A stretch of 63,325 nucleotides of DNA, taken from an uncultured Eubacteriales bacterium. GTDB taxonomy: Bacteria; Bacillota_I; Bacilli_A; RFN20; CAG-288. Shown in pieces: positions 35,004 to 44,262 of this stretch. Made by a program: the position numbers and the translations under genes. Location of the stretch: NCBI GenBank assembly GCA_900316035.1, contig ONBI01000016.1, positions 1 through 63,325 of the forward strand, written 5' to 3'. The notes under the pieces were generated by a model. It was not told the origin of the DNA and did no database searches. It worked only from the letters and a program-made list of their open reading frames with translations. Positions within the stretch are counted from its first letter, which is position 1. Each line of letters starts with the position of its first letter.

Positions 35004-38000
35004 ACGCACGGATATCCATAAGATTCTCGTCATCGGTTCCGGCCCGATCGTCATCGGTCAGGCAGCCGAGTTCGACTATGCGGGAACCCAGGCCTGTCTT
35101 GCCCTCAAGGAAGAAGGCTATGAAGTCGTTTTGGTAAACTCCAATCCTGCCACCATCATGACCGATGAAGCAATCGCTGACCGCATCTATATGGAACCTT
35201 TAACCGAAGAATATCTTTCCCGTATCATCCGTAGGGAAAGACCGGATGCGATCATCCCCTCTCTCGGTGGTCAGACCGGCCTTAACCTAGCGATTGAGCT
35301 TTATCGGAAAGGTGTTTTGAAAGAGTGCGAATGCGAACTATTAGGAACCTCTCCGGATTCGATTGAAAAAGCCGAAGATAGAGAGAAATTCAAGGAGCTC
35401 TGCCTTTCGATCGGAGAACCTGTCTGCCCAAGCCATGTTGCTACGACTCTTCCGGAAGGTTTTGATGCCGTAAGAAAACTCGGTTATCCGGTTGTCTTAC
35501 GTCCGGCTTTCACCTTAGGGGGAACCGGAGGTGGTTTTGCTAACGACGATGAAGAATTCGAAGAGATGATGAAGACAGCCTTAGAGCTTTCTCCGGTCCA
35601 TCAGGTCTTGGTCGAGAAATCCGTTAAAGGCTATAAGGAAATCGAATATGAAGTCATGCGGGATGCTAACGATACGGCTATCACCATCTGCAACATGGAA
35701 AACGTCGACCCCGTCGGTGTCCATACCGGTGACTCGGTCGTCGTCTGCCCTTCTCAGACTCTCACCAATCACGAATATCAGCTTCTGAGAAACGCTTCTC
35801 TGAAGATCATCCGCGCTCTGAAAATCGAAGGTGGCTGCAACGTCCAGTTCGCTTTGGATCCCTATTCCTTTAAATATTATGTCATTGAAGTCAATCCGCG
35901 TGTCTCCCGTTCTTCGGCCTTAGCTTCGAAAGCAAGCGGTTATCCGATTGCCAGAGTCTCTGCAAAGATTGCAGTCGGCTTAAGACTCGATGAGATTCCG
36001 TTAAAGAACACGCCGGCTTCTTTTGAACCTGCCTTAGATTATGTTGTCTGCAAGATGCCTCGCTTCCCGTTTGATAAGTTTGTCTCCGCCTCCAATAAAC
36101 TCTCTACCCAGATGAAGGCGACTGGCGAAGTGATGGCGATCGGCAGAACCATGGAAGAAGCTTTCCTCAAAGCGGTGAGAAGCTTAGAGACCGGCTTTGA
36201 TTCCTTTATCGACAGTAAATTCCAGCCTTATGAAACTAACGAACTTCTCGACTATATCGAAGAAGGAAGAGACGATAGACTCTTCGCTATCTATGAGTTG
36301 CTGAGAAGACGAGTTGATGAAGGAAGAATCCTCGATAAATCGAGAATCGATATCCTCTTCCTCGATGTCCTGAAGACGATTCTCAAAGAAGAGTTAGCCT
36401 TAAGAGAAAAGAAAGACGATGTCGAGGAACTCAAGTGCGCCAAACGCATGGGCTTCTCCGATAAGACGATTGCTAAACTCTGGGGTGAAAAAGAAATCGA
36501 TATCTTTGACTTACGTAAGAGGATTGCTCTCTTCCCGGTCTACAAGATGATCGATTCCTGCGCCAGTGAATTCTCTTCCTATATCCCTTACTTCTATTCG
36601 ACCTATGAAACGGAAAACGAATCCATCGTATCGGACAAAAAGAAGATTGTTGTTCTTGGTTCCGGACCGATCCGTATCGGTCAGGGAATCGAGTTCGATT
36701 ACTCGACCGTCCATGCCGTCATGACAATCCGAAAGAAAGGCTATGAAGCCATCATCATCAACAATAACCCCGAAACCGTCTCGACCGATTACACCACGGC
36801 CGATAAGCTTTACTTCGAACCCCTCACGGTCGAAGATGTGATGAACATCTTAGAACATGAAAAACCATATGGCGTCATCGTCTCCTTAGGGGGACAGACC
36901 GCAATCAACCTTGCTAAACCTTTAGCCGAACGCGGTGTTCCGATCATCGGTACCGGTACCGAAGCCATCGATAAGAGTGAGGATCGGGATCTCTTTGAAA
37001 AACTGCTTCTGAAACTTGGTATCCCGGAACCCAAAGGAAAAGCCGTCTTCACGATCGAAGAAGGTATCAAGGTCGCTTCCTCAATCGGTTATCCGGTTCT
37101 GGTCCGTCCTTCCTTTGTCTTAGGCGGAAGAGCGATGCAGATCGTTTTAAACGAAGCGGAGCTCAAAGAGTACTTAGGTTCCGCTGTCAAGGTCTCGCCG
37201 GAAAGTCCCGTTCTCGTCGATAAATACATCCAGGGTAAGGAAGTCGAAGTCGATGCGATCGCCGATGGAAAAGACGTCTTCGTCCCCGGTATCATGGAGC
37301 TAGTGGAAAGAACCGGTATCCATTCCGGTGACTCGATCTCCGTCTATCCTCCTTTCTCTCTTTCCGATAAAGTCAAACAGGACATTCTCACCTATACCAA
37401 AGAACTTGGTTTAGCGATCGGCATCGTCGGTCTTTTCAATATCCAGTTCATCGTCGATAAGGAAGAGAAGGTCTCCATCATCGAGGTCAATCCGCGTTCT
37501 TCCCGTTCGGTCCCTTTCCTTTCGAAAGCGACCGGACTCCCTTTAGGCGATATCGCTACCGAAGTCATCTTAGGAAAGAGCCTGAAGGAGCAGGGTATCA
37601 AGGAACTCACGGTCAAAGAACCGCATCGCTACTATGTCAAAGTCCCTGTCTTCTCCTTCAACAAACTCAAAGGTATGGATACTTATCTTTCTCCGGAGAT
37701 GAAATCGACCGGGGAAGCTCTCGGTTATGATACTTCCTTAAAGAGAGCGCTCTATAAAGGTCTTGTCGCTTCCGGAATGAAGATAAGAAACGAAGGTACG
37801 GTCTTTGTCACGGTGGCCGATCGGGATAAGGAAGAGGCGTTACCTCTGATCCGACGCTTCTATTCCTTAGGCTTCAATATCGAAGCGACTGAAGGAACGG
37901 CCATCTATCTTAAGAAGAACGGCATCCACACCCGTATCCGGGAAAAGCTTTCTTCGGGCAGTGAAGATATTCTTTCTTCCTTACGTTCTGGCTTTGTCAC

Positions 38001-38181
38001 CTATGTCATTAACACCAGAGAAAACAGCGAAGAAGCGTATTCCGATGGAAGAATCATCCGTGACTGTGCGATTGAAAACGGTATTCCTCTCTTCACTTCT
38101 TTAGATACTGTCAACGCTTTGCTGGATGTTCTAGAAGAGATGACGATCAAGGTTTCCCTGATCAGTGAAAGAGGAGAATGA
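34996..38181 (+). CDS. carB: carbamoyl-phosphate synthase large subunit
   Basis: [33 protein letters not shown], a duplicated ATP-grasp halves architecture, and about 1060 aa. Confidence 0.95.
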   Translation: [1061 protein letters not shown]

Positions 38182-38184
38182 GAT

Positions 38185-38910
38185 ATGAAAGAAGAAACCT
38201 GCACGGTCTTAGAAAATAAGAAGATTGCTAAGAATACGCATCTTATGAAGTTATCCCAGAACGAGGAGAACTTTCCTCGTCCGGGGATGTTCTTCGATAT
38301 CGCTTTACCGGGTCATTTCTTAAGAAGACCTTTCTCGTTAGCCGACCATGATGCTTCTTCTTTCTCGTTTGTCTATAAAGCAATCGGCCATGGTACCGAA
38401 GAGATGACGAAGCTGGAAGAAGGAACGAAGCTGGATATCCTTCTTGGTTTAGGAAACGGATTTGACCTGACAAAAAGCGGAGACACTCCGCTTCTTGTCG
38501 GAGGAGGAAGCGGTATCGGTGTGATGCATTGCTTAGCCAAGGCCTTCATCAAAGAAAAGAAGCATCCGCTTGTTGCTTTAGGTTTCAATACGAAAGAAGA
38601 AGTCTTCTTCGAAAAGGAATTTGAAGAATTAGGAATCAAACCTCTGATCTACACGGTAGATGGAAGCTACGGAGAAAAAGGTTTCCCCACGCAATCCTTG
38701 AAAGAACCTCATTCCTATCTTTATTCCTGTGGACCGGAACCTCTCTTAAAAGCTTTAGCTGAAGATCAAGGCAAAGGAGAATTCTCCTTAGAAAGAAGAA
38801 TGGGCTGCGGGTATGGTTGCTGCATGGGCTGCACCATCGTCACTAAGAATGGCCCAAGACGTGTCTGCAAAGAAGGACCGGTCTTTGAAAAGGAGGATCT
38901 TGTATGGTAA
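38185..38910 (+). CDS. pyrK: dihydroorotate dehydrogenase B electron-transfer subunit
   Basis: FAD/NAD-binding fold plus the C-terminal 2Fe-2S motif CGYGCCMGCT...C. Confidence 0.85.
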   Translation: MKEETCTVLENKKIAKNTHLMKLSQNEENFPRPGMFFDIALPGHFLRRPFSLADHDASSFSFVYKAIGHGTEEMTKLEEGTKLDILLGLGNGFDLTKSGDTPLLVGGGSGIGVMHCLAKAFIKEKKHPLVALGFNTKEEVFFEKEFEELGIKPLIYTVDGSYGEKGFPTQSLKEPHSYLYSCGPEPLLKALAEDQGKGEFSLERRMGCGYGCCMGCTIVTKNGPRRVCKEGPVFEKEDLVW

Positions 38911-39809
38911 AGACAGAAGTGACGCTCTGCGGAGAGAAGCTTGATAACCCCATCATCGCTTCTTCCGGAACTTTCAATTACGGCTATGAGATGAATGATC
39001 TTTACGATATCAATATCCTCGGCTCTTTCTCCTGCAAAGGAACGACTTTAGAACCCCGCAACGGAAATCCGACTCCCCGCATCGCGGAAGTCAAAGATGG
39101 TCTCATCAATTCGATCGGCCTTCAGAACCCCGGCATCAAAGCCGTTATCGAAGAGGAGTTTCCGAAGCTTAGAAAAATCTATCACAAGAAGATCTTTGCC
39201 AATTGCTGTGGAAACACTCCCGAAGAGTTTGCTGAAGTCGCTTCCTATATGGATAAAGAAGATGTCGTCGGTTTCCTGGAGATCAACATCTCCTGCCCGA
39301 ACGTCAATGGCGGAACAAGCTGCTCGAGTGACCCTTCTTTAGCCTATGAAGTTACAAAGCTAGTAAAGGCAAGAACCCATAAACCGGTCTTCATCAAGCT
39401 TTCCCCGAATGTCACTGATATCGTCTCGATCGCTCTTGCCTGTGAAAGAGCAGGGGCCGACGGTGTCTCTCTGATCAACTGCGTCCAAGGTATGAGAATC
39501 GATCTGAAGACGAGAAAACCGATCATCGCCCGAAAGAAAGGCGGCATGTCGGGCCCGGCTATCTTCCCGATCGCTTTACGTATGGTCTACGATGTCGCTC
39601 ATGCGGTCCATATTCCGGTCATCGGTATCGGAGGAATCTCAACTCCCGAAGATGTCCTGGAGATGATGATGGCAGGAGCAAGTGCTGTCGAAGTCGGAGC
39701 GATGAATCTTGTGGATCCTTATATCTGTAAGAAGTTAGTCGAAGGATTACCAGCCGCGATGGAGAAATACGGTATCGAAGATATCAATTCGATTGTCGGT
39801 GTCGCTTAA
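38904..39809 (+). CDS. pyrD: dihydroorotate dehydrogenase B catalytic subunit
   Basis: NPIIASSGTF, GLQNPG, EINISCPN and IGIGGI motifs. Confidence 0.9.
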   Translation: MVKTEVTLCGEKLDNPIIASSGTFNYGYEMNDLYDINILGSFSCKGTTLEPRNGNPTPRIAEVKDGLINSIGLQNPGIKAVIEEEFPKLRKIYHKKIFANCCGNTPEEFAEVASYMDKEDVVGFLEINISCPNVNGGTSCSSDPSLAYEVTKLVKARTHKPVFIKLSPNVTDIVSIALACERAGADGVSLINCVQGMRIDLKTRKPIIARKKGGMSGPAIFPIALRMVYDVAHAVHIPVIGIGGISTPEDVLEMMMAGASAVEVGAMNLVDPYICKKLVEGLPAAMEKYGIEDINSIVGVA

Positions 39810-39829
39810 AAGAAAGGAAAAAGAAACGT

Positions 39830-40528
39830 ATGCCAAAAGATGTGATCCTTGCCTTAGACTTCCCGAATAAGAGCAAGACTTTAGACTTCCTCTCGCAGTT
39901 CAAAGAAGAGAAACCTTATGTCAAGATCGGTATGGAACTCTTCTATGCCGAAGGCCCTTCGATCGTAAGAGAAATCAAAGCAAGAGGTCATAAGATCTTC
40001 TTGGATCTCAAGCTTCACGATATTCCGAATACGGTCTATTCCGCGATGAAGGTTCTTTCTTCGCTTCAGGTCGATATGGTCAATATCCATGCCGCCGGGA
40101 CTAGGAGAATGATGGAAGCGGCAAAACAGGGCTTAGCCGATGGGAAAGGCAATACGCTTCTTATCGCGGTCACTCAGCTTACCTCGACCGATCAGGAAAC
40201 CATGAACAAAGAGCTTCTTATCCCTGGGAACTTAGGGGATGTCGTCTCTTCCTATGCAAAGAACGCCTACGAAGCAGGATGTGATGGTGTTGTCTGCTCT
40301 CCTTTAGAAGTTGAGAAAGTCCATCACGATATCGCCCCTACTTTCTTAACGGTCACTCCGGGTATCCGCTTTGCCGATAACACGACCGACGACCAGAAGA
40401 GAGTCACTACCCCTCAGAAAGCTAGAGCTTTAGGTTCCGATTATATCGTTGTCGGTAGAGCAATCACCAAAGCCAGTGATCCTGTTGCTTCTTATCGCCG
40501 TTGCGTAAAAGATTTCTTAGGAGAATAA
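39830..40528 (+). CDS. pyrF: orotidine 5'-phosphate decarboxylase
   Basis: ILALDF, IFLDLKLHDIPNT and VVGRAI motifs. Confidence 0.9.
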   Translation: MPKDVILALDFPNKSKTLDFLSQFKEEKPYVKIGMELFYAEGPSIVREIKARGHKIFLDLKLHDIPNTVYSAMKVLSSLQVDMVNIHAAGTRRMMEAAKQGLADGKGNTLLIAVTQLTSTDQETMNKELLIPGNLGDVVSSYAKNAYEAGCDGVVCSPLEVEKVHHDIAPTFLTVTPGIRFADNTTDDQKRVTTPQKARALGSDYIVVGRAITKASDPVASYRRCVKDFLGE

Positions 40529-40533
40529 CGAAA

Positions 40534-41190
40534 ATGAATAAAGAAGAGATCAAGACTTTAATTGCTAAAGACCTCCTTTCCATCAAAGCCGTCTTTTTAC
40601 GTCCGGAAGAACCTTTCACCTGGGCAAGCGGCATCCACTCCCCAATCTACTGCGATAACCGCCTTACCTTAAGCGATGTCAAAGTCCGTAACGATGTCGA
40701 GAATGCTCTTGCCGAAACCGTCAAAAGAGAATTCCCGGAAGCGGAGATATTGATGGGAACCTCGACTGCCGGTATTGCCCATGCCGCTATCTCGGCTCAT
40801 CTTCTTTCTCTTCCGATGGGTTATGTCCGCTCCTCTTCGAAAGACCACGGCCGAAAGAATCAGATCGAAGGAAGTATTCATTCAGGCGAAAAAGCCGTCG
40901 TCATCGAAGATCTGATCTCTACCGGTAAAAGTGTTCTTGAAGTCGTCGATGTCTTAAGAGAAGCCGGTGTCGAAGTTTTAGGTATCGTCTCTATCTATAC
41001 CTACGGCATGAAAAAAGGATTAGAAGCCTTAGAAGCTGATCATGTCAAAAATGTTTCCTTGACCGATTTTGATACCACCATCACCATTGCTGCCGAAGAA
41101 GGAAGAATCAACAAGGATTCCTTAGAAGCTCTCTTTGCTTTCCGTGATAACCCCAGTGATGAAAGCTGGATTGAAAGGTATAAGAAATGA
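40534..41190 (+). CDS. pyrE: orotate phosphoribosyltransferase
   Basis: FTWASGIHSPIYCDNR and the PRPP motif AVVIEDLISTGKS. ATG at 40534. Confidence 0.9.
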   Translation: MNKEEIKTLIAKDLLSIKAVFLRPEEPFTWASGIHSPIYCDNRLTLSDVKVRNDVENALAETVKREFPEAEILMGTSTAGIAHAAISAHLLSLPMGYVRSSSKDHGRKNQIEGSIHSGEKAVVIEDLISTGKSVLEVVDVLREAGVEVLGIVSIYTYGMKKGLEALEADHVKNVSLTDFDTTITIAAEEGRINKDSLEALFAFRDNPSDESWIERYKK

Positions 41191-42281
41191 GAAGCATCAA
41201 TAACATTCTCGATCTCAGCAAAGAGGAACTCATCGCTCTGATCGAAAAAGGCGAAGACATCCTAGAGCATCCTTCCATCTATGCCCATGCCTGTGAAGGA
41301 AAGAAGCTCGCTACCCTTTTCTATGAACCTTCGACAAGAACCCGCCTTTCCTTCACTTCGGCCATGATGGAACTGGGCGGACAGGTATTAGGATTCTCTT
41401 CGGCTTCCACTTCCTCTGTCTCCAAAGGCGAAACCATCCATGACACCATGAAGGTCGTCTCCAATTTCGTCGATATCATCGCTACCCGTAACCCTTTAGA
41501 AGGAGCCGCCTTAGTATCGATGGAAGCGGCCGATGTTCCGGTCATCAATGCCGGAGACGGTGGACATTTCCATCCCACTCAGACCTTAGGAGATCTTCTC
41601 TGCATCTATAAAGAAAGGCATTCTTTAGATAATCTCACGTTAGGTATCTGCGGCGATCTTCTCTATGGAAGAACCGTCCATTCTCTTCTTTCGGCTTTCT
41701 CCTATTTCAAAAATATCAAAGTGGTTCTGATCTCTCCGAAAGAGCTTGCTCTTCCTTCCTTTGTCAAAGAGAATATCTTAGAAAAGGACCATATGCCTTA
41801 TGAAGAAGTTTCTTCCTTAGAAGAAGCTATCCCTTCTCTGGATATTCTTTATATGACCAGAGTTCAGAAAGAGAGATTTGCTTCTCTTGAGACCTATGAA
41901 CGGCTCAAGGATAGCTATATTCTCGATGCGAAGAAGATGGAAAGAGGAAAGAAAGACCTCATGGTCTTACATCCTCTTCCCAGAGTCAACGAGATTTCCG
42001 AAGAAGTCGATGACGATCCCAGAGCTTTCTATTTCAAGGAAGTCTTAGCCGGTAAATTCATGAGAGAAGCTTTGATTCTGACTCTCTTAGAAGATGCGAA
42101 AAAGAACCCGGTCAAAGAAAACCGTAGAAAAGGTCTTATCTTCCTAAAAGACCATGCTCCCTGCACCAACCCCAAATGTGTCTCCTTAGCGGAAAGAGAC
42201 TTACATCCTACCTTCGTTGTGGATAGCGAAGAAAAACACACCTGCCACTGCTACTATTGCGATAAAGAGAGTACGTTCTAG
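41187..42281 (+). CDS. pyrB: aspartate carbamoyltransferase catalytic chain fused to a PyrI-like C-terminal zinc domain
   Basis: STRTR, HPTQ and HPLPR motifs. An extra C-terminal about 60 aa, CTNPKCVSLAE...CHCYYCDKE, resembles the 4-Cys zinc domain of the ATCase regulatory chain. Confidence 0.85.
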   Translation: MRSINNILDLSKEELIALIEKGEDILEHPSIYAHACEGKKLATLFYEPSTRTRLSFTSAMMELGGQVLGFSSASTSSVSKGETIHDTMKVVSNFVDIIATRNPLEGAALVSMEAADVPVINAGDGGHFHPTQTLGDLLCIYKERHSLDNLTLGICGDLLYGRTVHSLLSAFSYFKNIKVVLISPKELALPSFVKENILEKDHMPYEEVSSLEEAIPSLDILYMTRVQKERFASLETYERLKDSYILDAKKMERGKKDLMVLHPLPRVNEISEEVDDDPRAFYFKEVLAGKFMREALILTLLEDAKKNPVKENRRKGLIFLKDHAPCTNPKCVSLAERDLHPTFVVDSEEKHTCHCYYCDKESTF

Positions 42282-42326
42282 TTTTCCATTAGAAACAACT
42301 TCTTAAGATTTAGAAAACGTTTAACG

Positions 42327-42366
42327 AAAAAAGCCAACTGCTTTGGAAAAATTAGTTGGCTTTTTA
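42327..42366. terminator. bidirectional terminator after the pyr operon
   Basis: AAAAAA-aagccaact...agttggctt-TTTTT. Confidence 0.75.
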
Positions 42367-42429
42367 ATTCTTTCCAGTAATTGTGGGATGTAATATAGTT
42401 GTAGAAAAAAGAAAGTTTGTTACTAGATA

Positions 42430-43521
42430 TTAAAGCAATTTGAATAAACAAACAGAACCGACGAAGCCGAACCCTAGATCGACTTCGGCTGTATCACTAT
42501 CGTATCCATAATTGACGATATAGTAACCACCCCACCAAGTCTTTTCGACACCATAAGCAACGACAGCATGATTTCCCAAACCACTGTTACCATTTTTCTG
42601 TGGAAGAGCACCGAATATGATTGCCGGTCTATCAGCAATTAATTCGTCTTCAAGCCCAATCTTTAAGAAATAGTAAGTAGCACTTGCACTGACATTTACT
42701 TCGGAAGAATAGTCAAACATTGCATCTCTAACGCTTTTACCCCAGGAAGCGGGATTGCCACCAGCAAGATCTACTAATTTGTCTTTCAAATTATGTTCAA
42801 CATCTTTTGTGGCTCCAGTGTCATTCAATTCACCATTTGCATCTAAATATTGTGAACCAATTAAACGATCATTTGCCGTCTTTTTCCGAAAATAAAGTAT
42901 TATTGTTGCCGCAACATAGCCACAAGAGCCATCATAGTTTGAAGGATGCTTGCAATCTCTTATGATTTTATAGTTGTTAATATAGGTTTTATCTCCAACA
43001 ACGACGGAATATCGAACTTTCGAATTGGCTCTCTTTCCAAGGTATGCTTTATATGCTTCCTTACTTTGCGCTTCTCTAAATGTTTTTAGCTGTGAATCGA
43101 ATATCTTTTGCAAAGAATAGGCATAATCTAAATCAATAAACTTCTTATCAGTTAACGAATAGAATTTATCATCTATTCGCTCATAATAGTTCATAGGGCC
43201 AAAATAGTAATAATCATGCGCTTCACTAAAATTATATGGTGAAACGAGCTTCCTGGATTTCTCAATAAAGCTTTTGACTACCGGATCATAAACCATAAAC
43301 CCATCTTTTTCGCCAACTTGAGTATAGAAAGTATTTTTTGATAGATCTTTTAATTTGTAAATATTATCAACAGGGTTGGAAATGCCTTCTAACTTTGCCG
43401 TTTCCCTGCATATCGTCTTGCTTTCTGCAAATTCATTGGCTTTCGGCAACTCAGCACTACTTAATGGTGCCAGAGTAGCCAGACCGAAAAGACAACTTGC
43501 CAGCAAACCTTTTAGAAACAA
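42430..43521 (-). CDS. secreted papain-fold cysteine peptidase-like protein
   Basis: Signal peptide MFLKGLLASCLFGLATLAPLSSA. Candidate catalytic Cys in DGSCGYVAATIILY and His in LGNHAVVAYGV. TTG start 7 nt after AAGGAGG. The family assignment (C10/C39/C47-like) is tentative. Confidence 0.45.
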   Translation of the reverse strand: MFLKGLLASCLFGLATLAPLSSAELPKANEFAESKTICRETAKLEGISNPVDNIYKLKDLSKNTFYTQVGEKDGFMVYDPVVKSFIEKSRKLVSPYNFSEAHDYYYFGPMNYYERIDDKFYSLTDKKFIDLDYAYSLQKIFDSQLKTFREAQSKEAYKAYLGKRANSKVRYSVVVGDKTYINNYKIIRDCKHPSNYDGSCGYVAATIILYFRKKTANDRLIGSQYLDANGELNDTGATKDVEHNLKDKLVDLAGGNPASWGKSVRDAMFDYSSEVNVSASATYYFLKIGLEDELIADRPAIIFGALPQKNGNSGLGNHAVVAYGVEKTWWGGYYIVNYGYDSDTAEVDLGFGFVGSVCLFKLL

Positions 43522-43533
43522 TACATTACCTCC

Positions 43534-43998
43534 TTATTTTATAACAGTAAAATATTCTGCGTTGTCATTTATGGTTTTTAAAAACACACTTTTAAAATCG
43601 GCTGGAAATAATCGAATCTCATCGCTATAAACGAAATAAGTATCTTGGCCACAAATATAGGCTTTGAAATCATACATATCATTGTTATTTAAACTGAAAT
43701 AGATACTGACCTTTTGCACATACTCCTGGAGATCTTTGGTCGAGGATTTCTCTTTTGGATCGACATGTGTGACTTCGAGCAGATTATAGATGCTATCAAT
43801 GCCTTCCTTTTCTTCCGAATAGTATCTCCGAGTTTGGTCGGTGTTTTTTTTATCGAGATAATCGATGTGGATGTTTTCCACTTCAGCGGAATTAAAACTC
43901 AATTCGATATAAGGCCATTCTCGCATATCGGTTCCACAGGAAACCAACAACGGAAGGAAAAGAAGAGTAATCCAAGCTTTGCGTTTTACAAGTCCCAT
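43534..43998 (-). CDS. small lipoprotein of unknown function
   Basis: MGLVKRKAWITLLFLPLLVSCG lipobox; ATG at 43996-43998. Its stop is 12 nt upstream of the peptidase start. Confidence 0.5.
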   Translation of the reverse strand: MGLVKRKAWITLLFLPLLVSCGTDMREWPYIELSFNSAEVENIHIDYLDKKNTDQTRRYYSEEKEGIDSIYNLLEVTHVDPKEKSSTKDLQEYVQKVSIYFSLNNNDMYDFKAYICGQDTYFVYSDEIRLFPADFKSVFLKTINDNAEYFTVIK

Positions 43999-44211
43999 AA
44001 CATTGCCCTCTATCTCTATGCTACTATTCGCCTTCTTAAAAAGCAATTACCAATTTAGATTAAAATTCAGCAATAGTTTTCTAATTTTAAAAATACGCAG
44101 CGATTTTTCTTCAGGACATTAACAATTGGCTTGTATTTTCATAAACTCAAAGAATCCTCTCATATTTAAAAATGCACCTGATTTGAATTTAGCAATCCGA
44201 TATTTGCCAAC

Positions 44212-44255
44212 AAAAAACTTCGCCCCTCCGGAAGGCTAGTTCCGGAAGAGCGAAG
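44212..44255 (-). terminator. terminator of the alcohol dehydrogenase gene
   Basis: cttcgctcttccgga...tccggaggggcgaag followed by TTTTTT on the - strand. Confidence 0.75.
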
Positions 44256-44262
44256 AATCTCA

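Noticed and set aside
35581-38204. Multiple 60-90 aa ORFs inside carB on the minus strand. There are similar nested ORFs in the ADH gene (44871-45237), the GGDEF gene (14797-15760), pyrB and the AAA genes (30530-31132).
   Set aside because: All are embedded in, or antisense to, long ORFs with strong family motifs. They have no RBS and no recognisable motifs.
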